The notes below the pieces were generated by a model. It had not been told where the DNA came from. It made no database searches and saw only the letters and a list, made by a program, of their open reading frames with translations. Made by a program: the position numbers and the translations under genes. Positions 52,498 to 62,537 of a stretch of 64,000 bases of DNA are shown here, in pieces (the stretch's first letter is position 1; every line of letters starts with the position of its first letter). The stretch covers positions 832,001 through 896,000 of the forward strand of contig JBMNEZ010000001.1 of NCBI GenBank assembly GCA_050949045.1, read 5' to 3'. Origin of the DNA: Candidatus Izemoplasmatales bacterium. Its GTDB lineage: Bacteria; Bacillota_I; Bacilli_A; Izemoplasmatales; Hujiaoplasmataceae.

Positions 52498-53386
52498 TTT
52501 CCGACTCCCTGTTTTCAAAAGTGAATGTCATAAGGCCGTTTGTCACGGCCTTAAAACAGGAAAATACCGCCAGCGTAACCGAGGCGTCCTGGAACGCGTC
52601 GTGCTTTTGTTTCGTAAGGTCGACTCCTTTGTAGGCCTTGTAGGCATTGAAGAGCCCCAAGTCGTTCTTGAGTCCGAAATACGTCTTGTGAAGCCTTAAG
52701 AGGTCGATAAACTGCATTTTTCTCGTAAAATCGTCAAGTTCATAAAGCCGGTTCATCTTGGCCAGCTCCAATTCGTCGTTCTTCCCCCAGACAAAAACCA
52801 TCGGTCGATACATTCTTTGAATCCTCTTCAACAGGTCATGGACTTCCTGATAAGCGATCCCGGCATCGATTTCGGCTTGGGAAACGCTGAGAAACTTGGC
52901 AGTTCTCTCCGAGATCTTGGAAAAGAGTTTCGGCTTGATGAAAGCTGAGAATTCTTCGATGATTTTCTCTTCTTCGTCTATTAGCACGAGACCGATCTGG
53001 ATGATCTCGGATACAAAGTTCTGATAGTTTCGGTACGGCGGCATCGACATTTCAAAGTCAAGAAACAGTTTTGGTTTCTTGGTGTTCAAAATCGCGCTGA
53101 TCCCTGACTTGATCAGAGAAATGTCGTAATAGAGTTTCGGCTTCTGCCCATAGGGCTCCATGATCTTCTCGATGTTGAGAACGTTCCTGACGCGATGCCT
53201 TTTATAGATCCTCGGACTCTTCTGAATTTGGAGAAAGACGTAGATGCCGGGGCGAAAGTATGCCATGAAATCGGCGAACATCGATCTCGCCAGATAATAA
53301 TAATCGATCTTGCGTTTCGTCTTGATTGCGATCAGGCGGTTGACCTCGTCAACGCCATGAAGCAATCCATAACAATATTCTTTCAT
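52481..53386 (-). CDS. DEDDh 3'-5' exonuclease (KapD/ERI-1-like) with ~100-aa N-terminal domain
   Basis: FLDFEM, EIIQIG, WGKND, FIDL, HDAFQDA. Confidence 0.8.
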   Translation of the reverse strand: MKEYCYGLLHGVDEVNRLIAIKTKRKIDYYYLARSMFADFMAYFRPGIYVFLQIQKSPRIYKRHRVRNVLNIEKIMEPYGQKPKLYYDISLIKSGISAILNTKKPKLFLDFEMSMPPYRNYQNFVSEIIQIGLVLIDEEEKIIEEFSAFIKPKLFSKISERTAKFLSVSQAEIDAGIAYQEVHDLLKRIQRMYRPMVFVWGKNDELELAKMNRLYELDDFTRKMQFIDLLRLHKTYFGLKNDLGLFNAYKAYKGVDLTKQKHDAFQDASVTLAVFSCFKAVTNGLMTFTFENRESENEQNN

Positions 53387-53408
53387 CTTCTTCCTTTCAT
53401 GGTTGACC

Positions 53409-55178
53409 TTATTTGTCCTTAGCGGCGGTCAAGCCGACCCGCAGGTTGTTGATCTGATCCTTTTTTAAACCGAGAGTTGTCAACTCCTGGTCGGTGGCAT
53501 TTTTGATATTTTCAATCGTCTTGAACTGCGTCAACAATTTCATTTTGGTCGCTTTGCCGATCCTAGGAATCTGATCGAGGATCGAAGCATAGACCTCGCG
53601 GGCGCGCTTGGCGCGATGGTAGGTAATCGCAAATCGATGCGCCTCATCCTGAATCTTCGATAACAGCACATACAAATTGGCATGACGATCGAGTTTTATT
53701 TCCGCATCGGAAAGATCGATCAGGGCATCGGTCTTATGTTGAGCGTCCTTTTTAAGGCCAATAACCGGCAATTCGAGATAAAGGGAAGCCAGAACTTCCC
53801 TGGCCGCATGGACTTGGGCGAGGCCACCGTCCATGATCAAAAGATCGGGAAGCGGCTTATGCTCATACAAGAGGCGCTGATATCTCCGGTAGACGACTTC
53901 CTTCATCGCATTGTAGTCGTCAGGTCGGGTTGTCGATTTAATCTGATATTTTCGGTAAGACTTTTTTTCGGGCAAGCCGTTACGGAAGACGACCAGCGCC
54001 GATACCGGATTGGTGCCCATCGTATGGGAATTGTCAAACGCCTCGATCACATTGAGCCTGGCGACGCCGATCAGATCGGCGAGGTCGCCTAGGGCGCCAA
54101 GCATCCGGTCATGCCTTTTGAGGTATGCCCCTAGTTCGTTTTCAAAGTAGATTTTGGCATTCTCCTTGGCCATCTCAACGAGTTGCCTCTTCTTGCCCTT
54201 CCTGGGTATCAAACCGCGACCTTCAACGAATGAGCGCAACAAATCAAGATCGACGCTTTCGGGAAATAAAACTTCCTTTGGCAGGGGGTGGCGTTCATAG
54301 AATTGAACGACATAATCAAGAAATGCGTCTTCCTCATCAGCGTAGTACTCGATTATCGTTGCTTTAGAAAAGACGATCCTGCCGCCGCGCATGAACATCG
54401 TCGAAACCGCCATGAAATTGTCAAAAGCATAATAGTTGAAGATGTCGCGGTCGCCTAGATCCTTGAAAATCACGTTCTGTTTCATGGTGGTTTTACTCAG
54501 CGCCTCGATCAGATCCTTATATTCCTTTGCTTTCTCAAATTCGAGCTTGAGGGCGTGCTTTTGCATCTTCGCTTTCAATTCATTCTTGATGGAGGTGATA
54601 TTGCCCTGCAAAAGATCCTTGACACTTTCGATCATCTCTTTGTAAGTGTTTTGCGCTACCTCATGTTCGCAAGGTCCAAGGCATTGATGGATATGATAGT
54701 AAAAACAAGCCCGGTGTGGCATCTTGAGACACTTGCGGAACAAAAAAATCCGATTGAGCAGCCGCAACGTCTCCCTGGCCGAGGCAACATCGGGGTAAGG
54801 GCCAAAAAAATTCTTGGCCTTCTTGGGTTTTCTCGTGATGACAAGCCGGGGATGAACTTCGCTCGTGATTTCGATATAAGGATAGGTCTTGTCATCCATC
54901 AACATAATATTGAATCTGGGCGAATGCGTCTTGATCAAAGAGAGTTCCAAAAGAAAAGCTTCAAGTTCGGACGAAGTGACGATATAGGAAAAATCGCCGA
55001 CAATGTCGATGAGCGATTGCGTTTTTTGGTCGTGGCTGCCGGTGAAATAGGATTTCAACCGATTTCTTAAATTCTTGGCTTTGCCCACATAAATAATCCT
55101 GCCGGCCTCATCCAACATCTGGTAACTGCCCGGCAGTTCTGGCACAAGCTTTAGTTTTTCCTTGAAGTCCTTGTTCAC
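53409..55178 (-). CDS. uvrC: Excinuclease ABC subunit C
   Basis: IIYVGKAKNLRNR (GIY-YIG), DDKTYPY, EAFDNSH, DGG, QDEAHRFAI and HhH tail. Confidence 0.97.
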   Translation of the reverse strand: MNKDFKEKLKLVPELPGSYQMLDEAGRIIYVGKAKNLRNRLKSYFTGSHDQKTQSLIDIVGDFSYIVTSSELEAFLLELSLIKTHSPRFNIMLMDDKTYPYIEITSEVHPRLVITRKPKKAKNFFGPYPDVASARETLRLLNRIFLFRKCLKMPHRACFYYHIHQCLGPCEHEVAQNTYKEMIESVKDLLQGNITSIKNELKAKMQKHALKLEFEKAKEYKDLIEALSKTTMKQNVIFKDLGDRDIFNYYAFDNFMAVSTMFMRGGRIVFSKATIIEYYADEEDAFLDYVVQFYERHPLPKEVLFPESVDLDLLRSFVEGRGLIPRKGKKRQLVEMAKENAKIYFENELGAYLKRHDRMLGALGDLADLIGVARLNVIEAFDNSHTMGTNPVSALVVFRNGLPEKKSYRKYQIKSTTRPDDYNAMKEVVYRRYQRLLYEHKPLPDLLIMDGGLAQVHAAREVLASLYLELPVIGLKKDAQHKTDALIDLSDAEIKLDRHANLYVLLSKIQDEAHRFAITYHRAKRAREVYASILDQIPRIGKATKMKLLTQFKTIENIKNATDQELTTLGLKKDQINNLRVGLTAAKDK

Positions 55179-55234
55179 CGATTCTCACCTGAAGCCATTA
55201 TATCAAAGCAGGAGACAAGACGCAATCCGCAAAG

Positions 55235-55259
55235 AAAAACTCCGGTTTGACCCAGAGTT
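55235..55259 (-). terminator. Terminator after rbfA
   Basis: ACTCTGG-GTCAAA-CCGGAGTTTTT on the - strand. Confidence 0.6.
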
Positions 55260-55584
55260 AGATTTTTCTGATCAGTTCGTCGATGGCTCTGCCGCGAACC
55301 CAGGAATCGTCGTATTTGAAAATCAGTTCCGGAACTTTGCGCATCTTCACTCGGAGGGCGATCTGGTTCTTGATGAACCCCTTCGCCCGCTCGAGCGCAG
55401 CTACGGTCGTTTCGAGTTCGGCTTCCGAACCCAAAAAAGAATAGTACACATACATGAAGGAAAGTTCGTTGGTGATCTTGACACCGGTGATCGTCAAGAA
55501 ACCGATCCGATCTTTGACTTCATTCTTGATAACGGCGGCCACGACGCGCTGAACCCGCGTTTCCAGTTGGTCGACTTTAGCCAT
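55258..55584 (-). CDS. rbfA: Ribosome-binding factor A
   Basis: VKDRIGFLTITGV, AKGFIK, RKVPELIFKYD; follows infB. Confidence 0.93.
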   Translation of the reverse strand: MAKVDQLETRVQRVVAAVIKNEVKDRIGFLTITGVKITNELSFMYVYYSFLGSEAELETTVAALERAKGFIKNQIALRVKMRKVPELIFKYDDSWVRGRAIDELIRKI

Positions 55585-57457
55585 TTTGTTCCAACTCTTT
55601 CAATACCGAAGCTTCGATGACGTCATCGATTTTGACATCGTTGTAGTTTTCAATCATGATGCCGCAGTCAAAGCCTTGCTTGACTTCCTTCTGATCATCC
55701 TTGAAGCGTTTCAAAGAAGCGATCTTACCTTCAAAAATGACTTTCCCGCCCCTGATCAGTTTGACGCTCGCATCACGCCTGATGACCCCTGATGTAACCA
55801 TACAGCCGGCTACGGTGCCGACTTTGGAGATTGGAAACGTCTCTCTCACGGCGGCCTCGCCGATGACGATCCGTTGATATTCGGGTTCAAGCATGCCTTT
55901 CATGGCTGCCTCGATATCGTCCAAAGCCTCATAGATGACGCGGTAATCGCGGATTTCAACGCCTTTTGCGCTAGCGGTATCGCGTACGTTCGCGGGCGCC
56001 TGGACATCAAAGCCGATGATGATGGCGCCAGAAGCTTCAGCCAATGTCACATCAGTGTCAGTGATCGCGCCGACGCCGGTGCGGACAATATCGATTGAGG
56101 TTCCCTCAATCTTGATTTTCTCGATCGAGCCCTTGAAGGCTTCGATCGAACCTTGCGTATCCGCCTTGATGATCAGTCTCAGTTCCTTGACTGAGCCTTC
56201 AGCGCGTTTGAAAAATTCTTCGAGCGTGACTGTTTTTTTCAGACTTTGATCCTGGCTGAACTGCCGGTCGGAACGCAGCTGGGCGATATCCTTGGCCTGA
56301 CGTTCATCAGCGAAGACCATGAACGGATCGCCTGCCATCGGTACATCGCTCAAGCCGATGATCTCAACGGCAACTCCCGGTTTGGCTTTATGAAGGTTGC
56401 GCCCGAGATCGTCGTTCATCGCCCGAATCTTGCCATAGACCTTGCCAGCGACAAAGAAATCACCGATCTTCAAGGTTCCGTTGGCGACGAGAATCGTCGC
56501 GACCGGGCCTCTGCCCTTGTCAAGCTTGGCCTCAATGACGGTGCCAAGGGCGTTTCTTTTCGGATTCGCCTTCAATTCCAACATTTCGGCGACCAATTGG
56601 ATGGTGTCGAGCAATTCGTCGACACCGGTATTTTTCAGGGCGGAGACATAACAAAACGGTGTCTCACCGCCCCAGTCATCGGGAAGCAACCCGATATCTG
56701 AGAGTTCCTGTTTGACGCGTTCTGGATTGGCGCTCGGTTTGTCCATTTTGTTTACGGCGACGATGATTGCACATTTTGAAGCGCGGGCATGGTCGATCGC
56801 TTCCTTGGTCTGGGGCATCACGCCGTCATCGGCCGCAACCACCAAAACCACGATGTCGGTGACTTTGGCGCCACGGGCGCGCATTTCCGTGAAGGCGGCG
56901 TGTCCGGGAGTGTCAATGAAAGTGATAGCCTTGTCATTTCGGATTACCTGGTAGGCACCGATATGCTGGGTGATGCCTCCCGCCTCCGATTGAACGACGC
57001 GGCTGTCCCTGATCGTATCGAGCAGGGTCGTCTTCCCATGGTCGACATGCCCCATGATCGTGACTACCGCCGGGCGTTCAACGAGATCCTTCGGATCGTC
57101 CTTGATATCGAGTTCTTCGAAACGACTCATATCGGTCATCACTTCGTCCTTGAGTTCAAATCCGTAGTCAAGCGCGATGATTTCGGCGGTGTCGCGGTCG
57201 ACAGACTGCGTCTGCGAGGCCATGATCCGCATGAACATGAGTTTTTTGATCACTTCCGATACCGGACGGTGCAATTGCTCGGAGAGTTCCAAAACCGTCA
57301 TATTGTTCTTATAGTAGACGGTCTTGTCAATGATCTCAACCTTTTTCTCGGAAAGCGGCCGCTTTGATTGTTGGACGCGTTTCTGAGCCGGTTTTTGGTT
57401 GCTCTTCTTGGATTTGAAATTCGATTTTTTCTTGGTATTTGGTCTTTTGGCTACCAC
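55577..57457 (-). CDS. infB: Translation initiation factor IF-2
   Basis: [36 protein letters not shown]. Confidence 0.98.
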   Translation of the reverse strand: MVAKRPNTKKKSNFKSKKSNQKPAQKRVQQSKRPLSEKKVEIIDKTVYYKNNMTVLELSEQLHRPVSEVIKKLMFMRIMASQTQSVDRDTAEIIALDYGFELKDEVMTDMSRFEELDIKDDPKDLVERPAVVTIMGHVDHGKTTLLDTIRDSRVVQSEAGGITQHIGAYQVIRNDKAITFIDTPGHAAFTEMRARGAKVTDIVVLVVAADDGVMPQTKEAIDHARASKCAIIVAVNKMDKPSANPERVKQELSDIGLLPDDWGGETPFCYVSALKNTGVDELLDTIQLVAEMLELKANPKRNALGTVIEAKLDKGRGPVATILVANGTLKIGDFFVAGKVYGKIRAMNDDLGRNLHKAKPGVAVEIIGLSDVPMAGDPFMVFADERQAKDIAQLRSDRQFSQDQSLKKTVTLEEFFKRAEGSVKELRLIIKADTQGSIEAFKGSIEKIKIEGTSIDIVRTGVGAITDTDVTLAEASGAIIIGFDVQAPANVRDTASAKGVEIRDYRVIYEALDDIEAAMKGMLEPEYQRIVIGEAAVRETFPISKVGTVAGCMVTSGVIRRDASVKLIRGGKVIFEGKIASLKRFKDDQKEVKQGFDCGIMIENYNDVKIDDVIEASVLKELEQNG

Positions 57458-57477
57458 ATTACCACCTCTTCTTTATG

Positions 57478-57783
57478 TTATTCTTTGCAGGATTGTTCCA
57501 AAAGATCGGCGAAATTCTTGTCGATGATCGTCACAACTTTCCGATTTTTCTTGCCGATCGCCCGACTGATTTCAGCTCCGGTCAGATTGGAAATCACTCT
57601 AATATTGTGAGAACCGGCCTTGTCGGTGATTTTTTTCGTCGTATTTTTGCCCGCATCGCTCGCCAGAAAGACCAGGCAAGCCCGCCCTTTCTGGATAAGT
57701 TCGGTTGAAAACTCCTCGCCGGAAATCAGTTTCTGCGCGCGCATGGCCAGCCCGAGCGTGCTCATTACCTTAGCCTTGTCCAT
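57478..57783 (-). CDS. ylxQ: L7Ae-family RNA-binding protein (YlxQ)
   Basis: LGLAMRA.KLISGE, LASDAG.NT.KK, AIGK; nusA operon position. Confidence 0.88.
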   Translation of the reverse strand: MDKAKVMSTLGLAMRAQKLISGEEFSTELIQKGRACLVFLASDAGKNTTKKITDKAGSHNIRVISNLTGAEISRAIGKKNRKVVTIIDKNFADLLEQSCKE

Positions 57784-58054
57784 CGCGAAGCACCCGCAAG
57801 AGGTCATCGTAGATGCTATCCGGGATCGCCGTCTCGAGGTGTCTTTCGAGAACCTTGGTTTTTCTGGCTTTTTCGATGACACTCTCGCTTTTCATCACAT
57901 AAGCTCCCCGGCCATTGGCTTTGCCGGAGGGATCAAAGACAACCTTGCCCTCTGGGGTCTTAATAACCCTGAGCAATTCCTTTTTGGGCAGTCTCTCCCC
58001 CGTAACGACACATTTTCGCAGGGGGATCTTCCTTGGTTTTCCCATCTGCTTCAT
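57770..58054 (-). CDS. ylxR: YlxR/RnpM family protein
   Basis: KIPLRKCVVT, KKELLRV, GKANGRGAY. Confidence 0.92.
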   Translation of the reverse strand: MKQMGKPRKIPLRKCVVTGERLPKKELLRVIKTPEGKVVFDPSGKANGRGAYVMKSESVIEKARKTKVLERHLETAIPDSIYDDLLRVLRDGQG

Positions 58055-58062
58055 TCCTTTCC

Positions 58063-59127
58063 TTAAAAGCGGATGTCTTGGATTATCGCATCGGTTTCCG
58101 ATTTGATGTCGATCTTCCAGCCGCTCGACTGAACGGCGAGCCGGGCATTCTGGCCTTTCTTGCCGATGGCGAGCGACAACTGATCATCGGGAACGATTGC
58201 GATGGCGCTTTTCTCTTTCTGATCGATGATCACCGCGATGGTTTTTGCCGGCTGGATGGCATTGGCTACCAATTCCTTCGGATCCTCGCTGTACTTGTAG
58301 ATATCCATCTTTTCTCCGTTCAAGGCGTCGATGACTTCCCTGATCCGTATGCCGTTCCGCCCTAAACAAGCACCGACGGGATCGACTTTGGGATTGTTGG
58401 AGGCAACACAGACCTTGCAGCGGTCACCGGGATCGCGGGCTAGCCCCATGATCTCGATCACGCCTTCCTGAAGTTCGGGAATGGCGTTTTCCATCAGTCG
58501 CTTGACCAGATTGCGATCGGTGCGGGAGACATAGACTTTCGGACCTTTGGTCGTTTGTTCGACTTTGGTGATATAAACACGGACCTGGTTGCCGATCACA
58601 AGATCGGTCTCGAGCAGGTCGCGGGCAGGAATCGATGTCTCGGTGTCATAACCAAGATACAAGGTAACAAAGTCATCGTTGATCGAAACCACCTCGGCGA
58701 TGACCATTTCACCGGTCTTATTGGTAAAAATCTCATAGTTGCGCTCTCTTTCAAGCTGCTTCAAGCCCTGGGTCAGGATCTGTTTCGCACTTGAGGCGGC
58801 GATCCTGCCAAAATCCTTTGGCGTGATCTTGACTTCGATGATATCGCCGACACGGGCATTCTTCTTGAATTCCTGGGCTTCTTCGACCGTGATTTGAGTC
58901 CCTTTTTCCGCTTCCGGATCAACGGTCTCGACCACAAGATAGGTGGCGACGATCAAGATCTCGGCTTTCTCCTCGTTGAAGAGAACCCTGGCATTCTGCT
59001 GGCCACGGTAGTCCTTCTTGTAGGCGTTCAAAAGCCCTTTGCCGAAAATGTCGAGGATCTTTTCCTTGGGAACGTCCCTTTCTTCGGCGACTTGTTCCAA
59101 AGCTTTGAAAAACTCTTTGCTGATCAT
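58063..59127 (-). CDS. nusA: Transcription termination factor NusA
   Basis: FGRIAA..AKQ, ARDPGDR.K, DPVGAC, LSLAIGKKGQNARLA. Confidence 0.97.
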   Translation of the reverse strand: MISKEFFKALEQVAEERDVPKEKILDIFGKGLLNAYKKDYRGQQNARVLFNEEKAEILIVATYLVVETVDPEAEKGTQITVEEAQEFKKNARVGDIIEVKITPKDFGRIAASSAKQILTQGLKQLERERNYEIFTNKTGEMVIAEVVSINDDFVTLYLGYDTETSIPARDLLETDLVIGNQVRVYITKVEQTTKGPKVYVSRTDRNLVKRLMENAIPELQEGVIEIMGLARDPGDRCKVCVASNNPKVDPVGACLGRNGIRIREVIDALNGEKMDIYKYSEDPKELVANAIQPAKTIAVIIDQKEKSAIAIVPDDQLSLAIGKKGQNARLAVQSSGWKIDIKSETDAIIQDIRF

Positions 59128-59139
59128 TGTTCTATTCTC

Positions 59140-59577
59140 CTAAAATTTGATTGCCAACCGAATCAGGTTGATGTCGATATAATTGATTTTGATTTCTTTG
59201 TTCTTTGCCAGTTTCAAGGTCAGTGTTTCACCGTTGAAATCACTCAGGATGCCTTCATGCTTCTGTTCATAGGCATCGACATGTACATACTTGCCAAGCG
59301 CTCGCTTGATCTCTTCTTTGTTTCTGAGTTTTCGTTCCGCCCCAGGCGATGTCACTTCAATTTGGCATTCGCCACCAAGCGGATTGAGTTTGTCGATAAC
59401 AGGGGCAATCCGTTCCAAAACCAGAACACATTCATCGACAGTGATTCCCGAATCCTTGTCGATCGCGATCCTCAACAATTCCTGTCTTTTTTCTTTGATG
59501 TATTCAATATCGTAAAGAAAGAAACCAAGTTCCTCGATCATCGGAACGATTTCCCGTTTTATTGTGGACAAGTCCAT
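59140..59577 (-). CDS. rimP: Ribosome maturation factor RimP
   Basis: LRIAIDK..GITVDEC, EVTSPGAER; upstream of nusA. Confidence 0.92.
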   Translation of the reverse strand: MDLSTIKREIVPMIEELGFFLYDIEYIKEKRQELLRIAIDKDSGITVDECVLVLERIAPVIDKLNPLGGECQIEVTSPGAERKLRNKEEIKRALGKYVHVDAYEQKHEGILSDFNGETLTLKLAKNKEIKINYIDINLIRLAIKF

Positions 59578-59596
59578 ATTATTCCCCCAATCCATT

Positions 59597-59622
59597 AAAA
59601 ACGGGAGGGTCCGTCCCTCCCA
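59597..59622 (-). promoter_or_regulatory. rimP leader terminator/attenuator
   Basis: GGGAGGG-ACGGA-CCCTCCCGTTTTT between the extended -10 (59644-59652) and the rimP SD. Confidence 0.7.
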
Positions 59623-59678
59623 TTACTACCTTGTGTCGCAAATATTATAACATAGGGCCGATCATGATACAAGCATTA

Positions 59679-60422
59679 TCAATGATTATCATCCAAATAA
59701 CTGCTTTTTGCTTTATAAAACTGGTACATGATGATGCTGCCGGCGACGCTGACGTTGAGCGATTCCGTCTTTTCCATCGGGATCGTGATGATCTCATCTG
59801 CCAGATGCAAAAGTTCTTTTCTGACCCCTTGCCCCTCATTGCCGAGAATCAAGCCGATTTTAGCGGCAGTCTCTTTGATTGCGCCGACATCCTTGCCAGA
59901 GGCGACCGAAGTTCCATAGAATTTGTAGTCGGGATGATCGCTGATGAAAGGTATCAGACCAGTATTGATCAAGGAGAGTCCAAACAAGGCCCCCTGACTC
60001 CCTCTGATCACTTTTGGGCAATAGATGTCAACGGTGTTTTCATAGACAATTGTATCAAAACCGAAGGCCAGAGCACTTCTTAAAAGGGTCCCGAGATTCC
60101 CGGGATCCTGGATCCCATCGATCAATAACAGGCGTTTTCCCAGATGGAAGTCGCTTTTGATCCTGCAAAGGGCAAAGAGAAACTGGGGCGACTCAAGGTC
60201 GGACAGTTGCTTGAGCAGTGCCGGGCTCAAGATGATTGTTTCTTTTTTCCAAAAGGAAACATCCGCACCAGCGACTACCAATTCGCAGTTGCCGCCGGCG
60301 ATCGCTTCTTTGACAAGGTGCTCCCCTTCAACCAAAAACAGGCCCTGTTCAAGCCGGTATTTCTTTTGTTTCAATTTCATCAGTTGCCTGAATTTTGGGT
60401 TTTGCGCTGAATTGATCATCAT
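59679..60422 (-). CDS. TrmH/SpoU-family RNA methyltransferase
   Basis: FLVEGEHLV, DGIQDPGNLGTLLRSA, GNEGQG, ESLNVSVA. Confidence 0.93.
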   Translation of the reverse strand: MMINSAQNPKFRQLMKLKQKKYRLEQGLFLVEGEHLVKEAIAGGNCELVVAGADVSFWKKETIILSPALLKQLSDLESPQFLFALCRIKSDFHLGKRLLLIDGIQDPGNLGTLLRSALAFGFDTIVYENTVDIYCPKVIRGSQGALFGLSLINTGLIPFISDHPDYKFYGTSVASGKDVGAIKETAAKIGLILGNEGQGVRKELLHLADEIITIPMEKTESLNVSVAGSIIMYQFYKAKSSYLDDNH

Positions 60423-60451
60423 CTCACCTTGATAAGATTATAACAGATAAC

Positions 60452-60492
60452 AAAAGGCGAAGCCATATTATCACTCGATTTGGCCTCGCCTA
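60452..60492 (-). terminator. Probable terminator after the beta-propeller gene
   Basis: AGGCGAGGCCA...TGGCTTCGCCTTTT on the - strand. Confidence 0.55.
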
Positions 60493-60535
60493 TTAAAGAT
60501 TATGCAATATTATTCACTTGTCATTCGGGGATTTT

Positions 60536-62470
60536 TTATTCTTGATTCAAAGCAACCGATGCGATTTCGCTGAAACTTTTTTCCATGTCGTACATCCTAA
60601 TCTGCGATTCAGAGACGGTGTAGATCATGTTCTCGATCAAAATGGCCCTGTCCACGGTGTCGACATAGTAGAAGTATCCGCTTTCGGGCTCGCTCGCATG
60701 CGTAAGTTTGGTGAGATAATCCAATTCACCATTGAAGGTGACCTTGAAGACATAGATGCTTTGTAAATATTTGGTCCAGTTGTCTTCATATTCGGTGATG
60801 GGAATCGCCACATAGATGTATTCCTGGTTTTGCGGCCGATAGCTGACAAACGCCTTATGATCATAGAGGACAGGAGTATAACTGTACTCGCCTTCAACGA
60901 GATAGGTGTCAAGATTCACCGGCTCGTCCCCTTTGGTATCGTAAAGCGAGACCTTGACTCCGGTAAAGACTGTGTTCCCATACTCGTTGATTTCGGCTTG
61001 TCTGCCAATCCCCAACAACAACTCCTCATTTATGGGATGGAGATAATCGGAAACACCCTCTTCGTACAGTTCACCGAGGATCACCGGATTCAACGGATCT
61101 GACAAGTCGATCTTATAGAGCGGATCGGTCCTGACGAAGGTCACGACATAGGCAATGTCACCTGTGAACCTAACCGCATAGATCGACTCCTTGGGCTTCC
61201 CAAGACCGGTAAGGATCGAGACAGGCTCGATTTTCCCGGTAGCCGTCGCATCGAAGCAGGCGATCTGATTGAAAGTATTCCATCTCACAGTGACGTTGTC
61301 ATCCTTGGTCGAGGTGATATATTCGGTTCCCGTGGTTGCGATCCGGAAATAGCCTTCATGCTCGTCCATCGAGAACTGGTCAAGCGGTGAGCCGTCGACG
61401 ACAGCGGTCGCCTTGTAAACCAGTTTGTCCTCCTCGATTGCAAACCTGAGAATATAGGTTCTTGACAGATACCACGAAGTGGAATCTTCATACCAGTAGC
61501 GGTGGACAACCGCATAGAGATTGTTGGCGCTCATATAGATCTGATATGTGTTCCCGACATAGGCCTTCAAATCGAGGTCGTCTTCGCTCTCGACATCAAT
61601 CGATGCAAGCAACAGATATGAACACTGCCACAAATCGGAAGGCATATAGAAAACCGATTTCGCGGAGAGGCGACGATAGCCTTCGCCCTCGGCGCTGTCC
61701 TTGTATCGCGGTAGGATCTCCTCGCCCTCGGGACGGTTCGACAACGAATAATCGTTCATGACCAGGTAGACCATCGGTCCGATCATCCGCGTGTCGGTAA
61801 GATCGGCCTTGTCAAAAAACAACTCCCGCTTCAGTTCCATGTTGGTTTTATCGGCGATGTCGAATATTTTGACGGTCACACCGTAGTTATAGTAATAGTA
61901 ATAATAGTAACCTGGGTAATAGTAAATGGGATAGTCTTCGCTTGAAGATGAGGTTTCGGTATCGTCCTCTTTTACCTCGGGCGCATAAGATTCACTGCCG
62001 ATTGCGATCAATAGTCCCTCATAAAGATAGATCCCGGAAAAATAGACATTCTCCTTGGTATAGGAATCACTGATCTGGAGCGTCTCGGCATCAATGATAT
62101 AGATGGTGTCTCCCGATATCGTGTAGATATAGTAGCCGTCGGTCAAAACCGTGTCGCTCTCGCCGACGCCCTCAACCTGATTGTTGGTTTCGCTGTGATC
62201 CTTTCCACCGCTTTTTTCAGAGTAACTATCGGTAGCGCCGGCAGTTCTTGGCGCAAGATCGTTCTCTGCCATGGCGGAATCGAACATGAAGCGATAGAAA
62301 GACTTTCTTTCATTATTGAACTTGTCGATATAGGCCTCGAGTTGACTCAAATTCTGAAAACTGCCCACCTCGTCGACTTCCTTGTAGTCAATCTCTTTGA
62401 CTGTTTTAAGACAGCCGGAGAGAAAAACAAAGACGCAAACATACATAAAACCGTATAAAAATCGTTTCAT
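60536..62470 (-). CDS. Beta-propeller domain lipoprotein (Beta_propel-type secreted protein)
   Basis: FLSG-C lipobox; HSETNNQVEGVGESD.V.TDG.YIY, QFSMDEHEGYFRIATT, IYAVRF, TFVRTDPL, SDYLHP. Confidence 0.85.
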   Translation of the reverse strand: MKRFLYGFMYVCVFVFLSGCLKTVKEIDYKEVDEVGSFQNLSQLEAYIDKFNNERKSFYRFMFDSAMAENDLAPRTAGATDSYSEKSGGKDHSETNNQVEGVGESDTVLTDGYYIYTISGDTIYIIDAETLQISDSYTKENVYFSGIYLYEGLLIAIGSESYAPEVKEDDTETSSSSEDYPIYYYPGYYYYYYYNYGVTVKIFDIADKTNMELKRELFFDKADLTDTRMIGPMVYLVMNDYSLSNRPEGEEILPRYKDSAEGEGYRRLSAKSVFYMPSDLWQCSYLLLASIDVESEDDLDLKAYVGNTYQIYMSANNLYAVVHRYWYEDSTSWYLSRTYILRFAIEEDKLVYKATAVVDGSPLDQFSMDEHEGYFRIATTGTEYITSTKDDNVTVRWNTFNQIACFDATATGKIEPVSILTGLGKPKESIYAVRFTGDIAYVVTFVRTDPLYKIDLSDPLNPVILGELYEEGVSDYLHPINEELLLGIGRQAEINEYGNTVFTGVKVSLYDTKGDEPVNLDTYLVEGEYSYTPVLYDHKAFVSYRPQNQEYIYVAIPITEYEDNWTKYLQSIYVFKVTFNGELDYLTKLTHASEPESGYFYYVDTVDRAILIENMIYTVSESQIRMYDMEKSFSEIASVALNQE

Positions 62471-62537
62471 AGTTTTACCTCCTTTAGGGATTCGCCTAAT
62501 AAACAATCGTAAAGAGCTTTTTATTGGTGAAAAGAGG

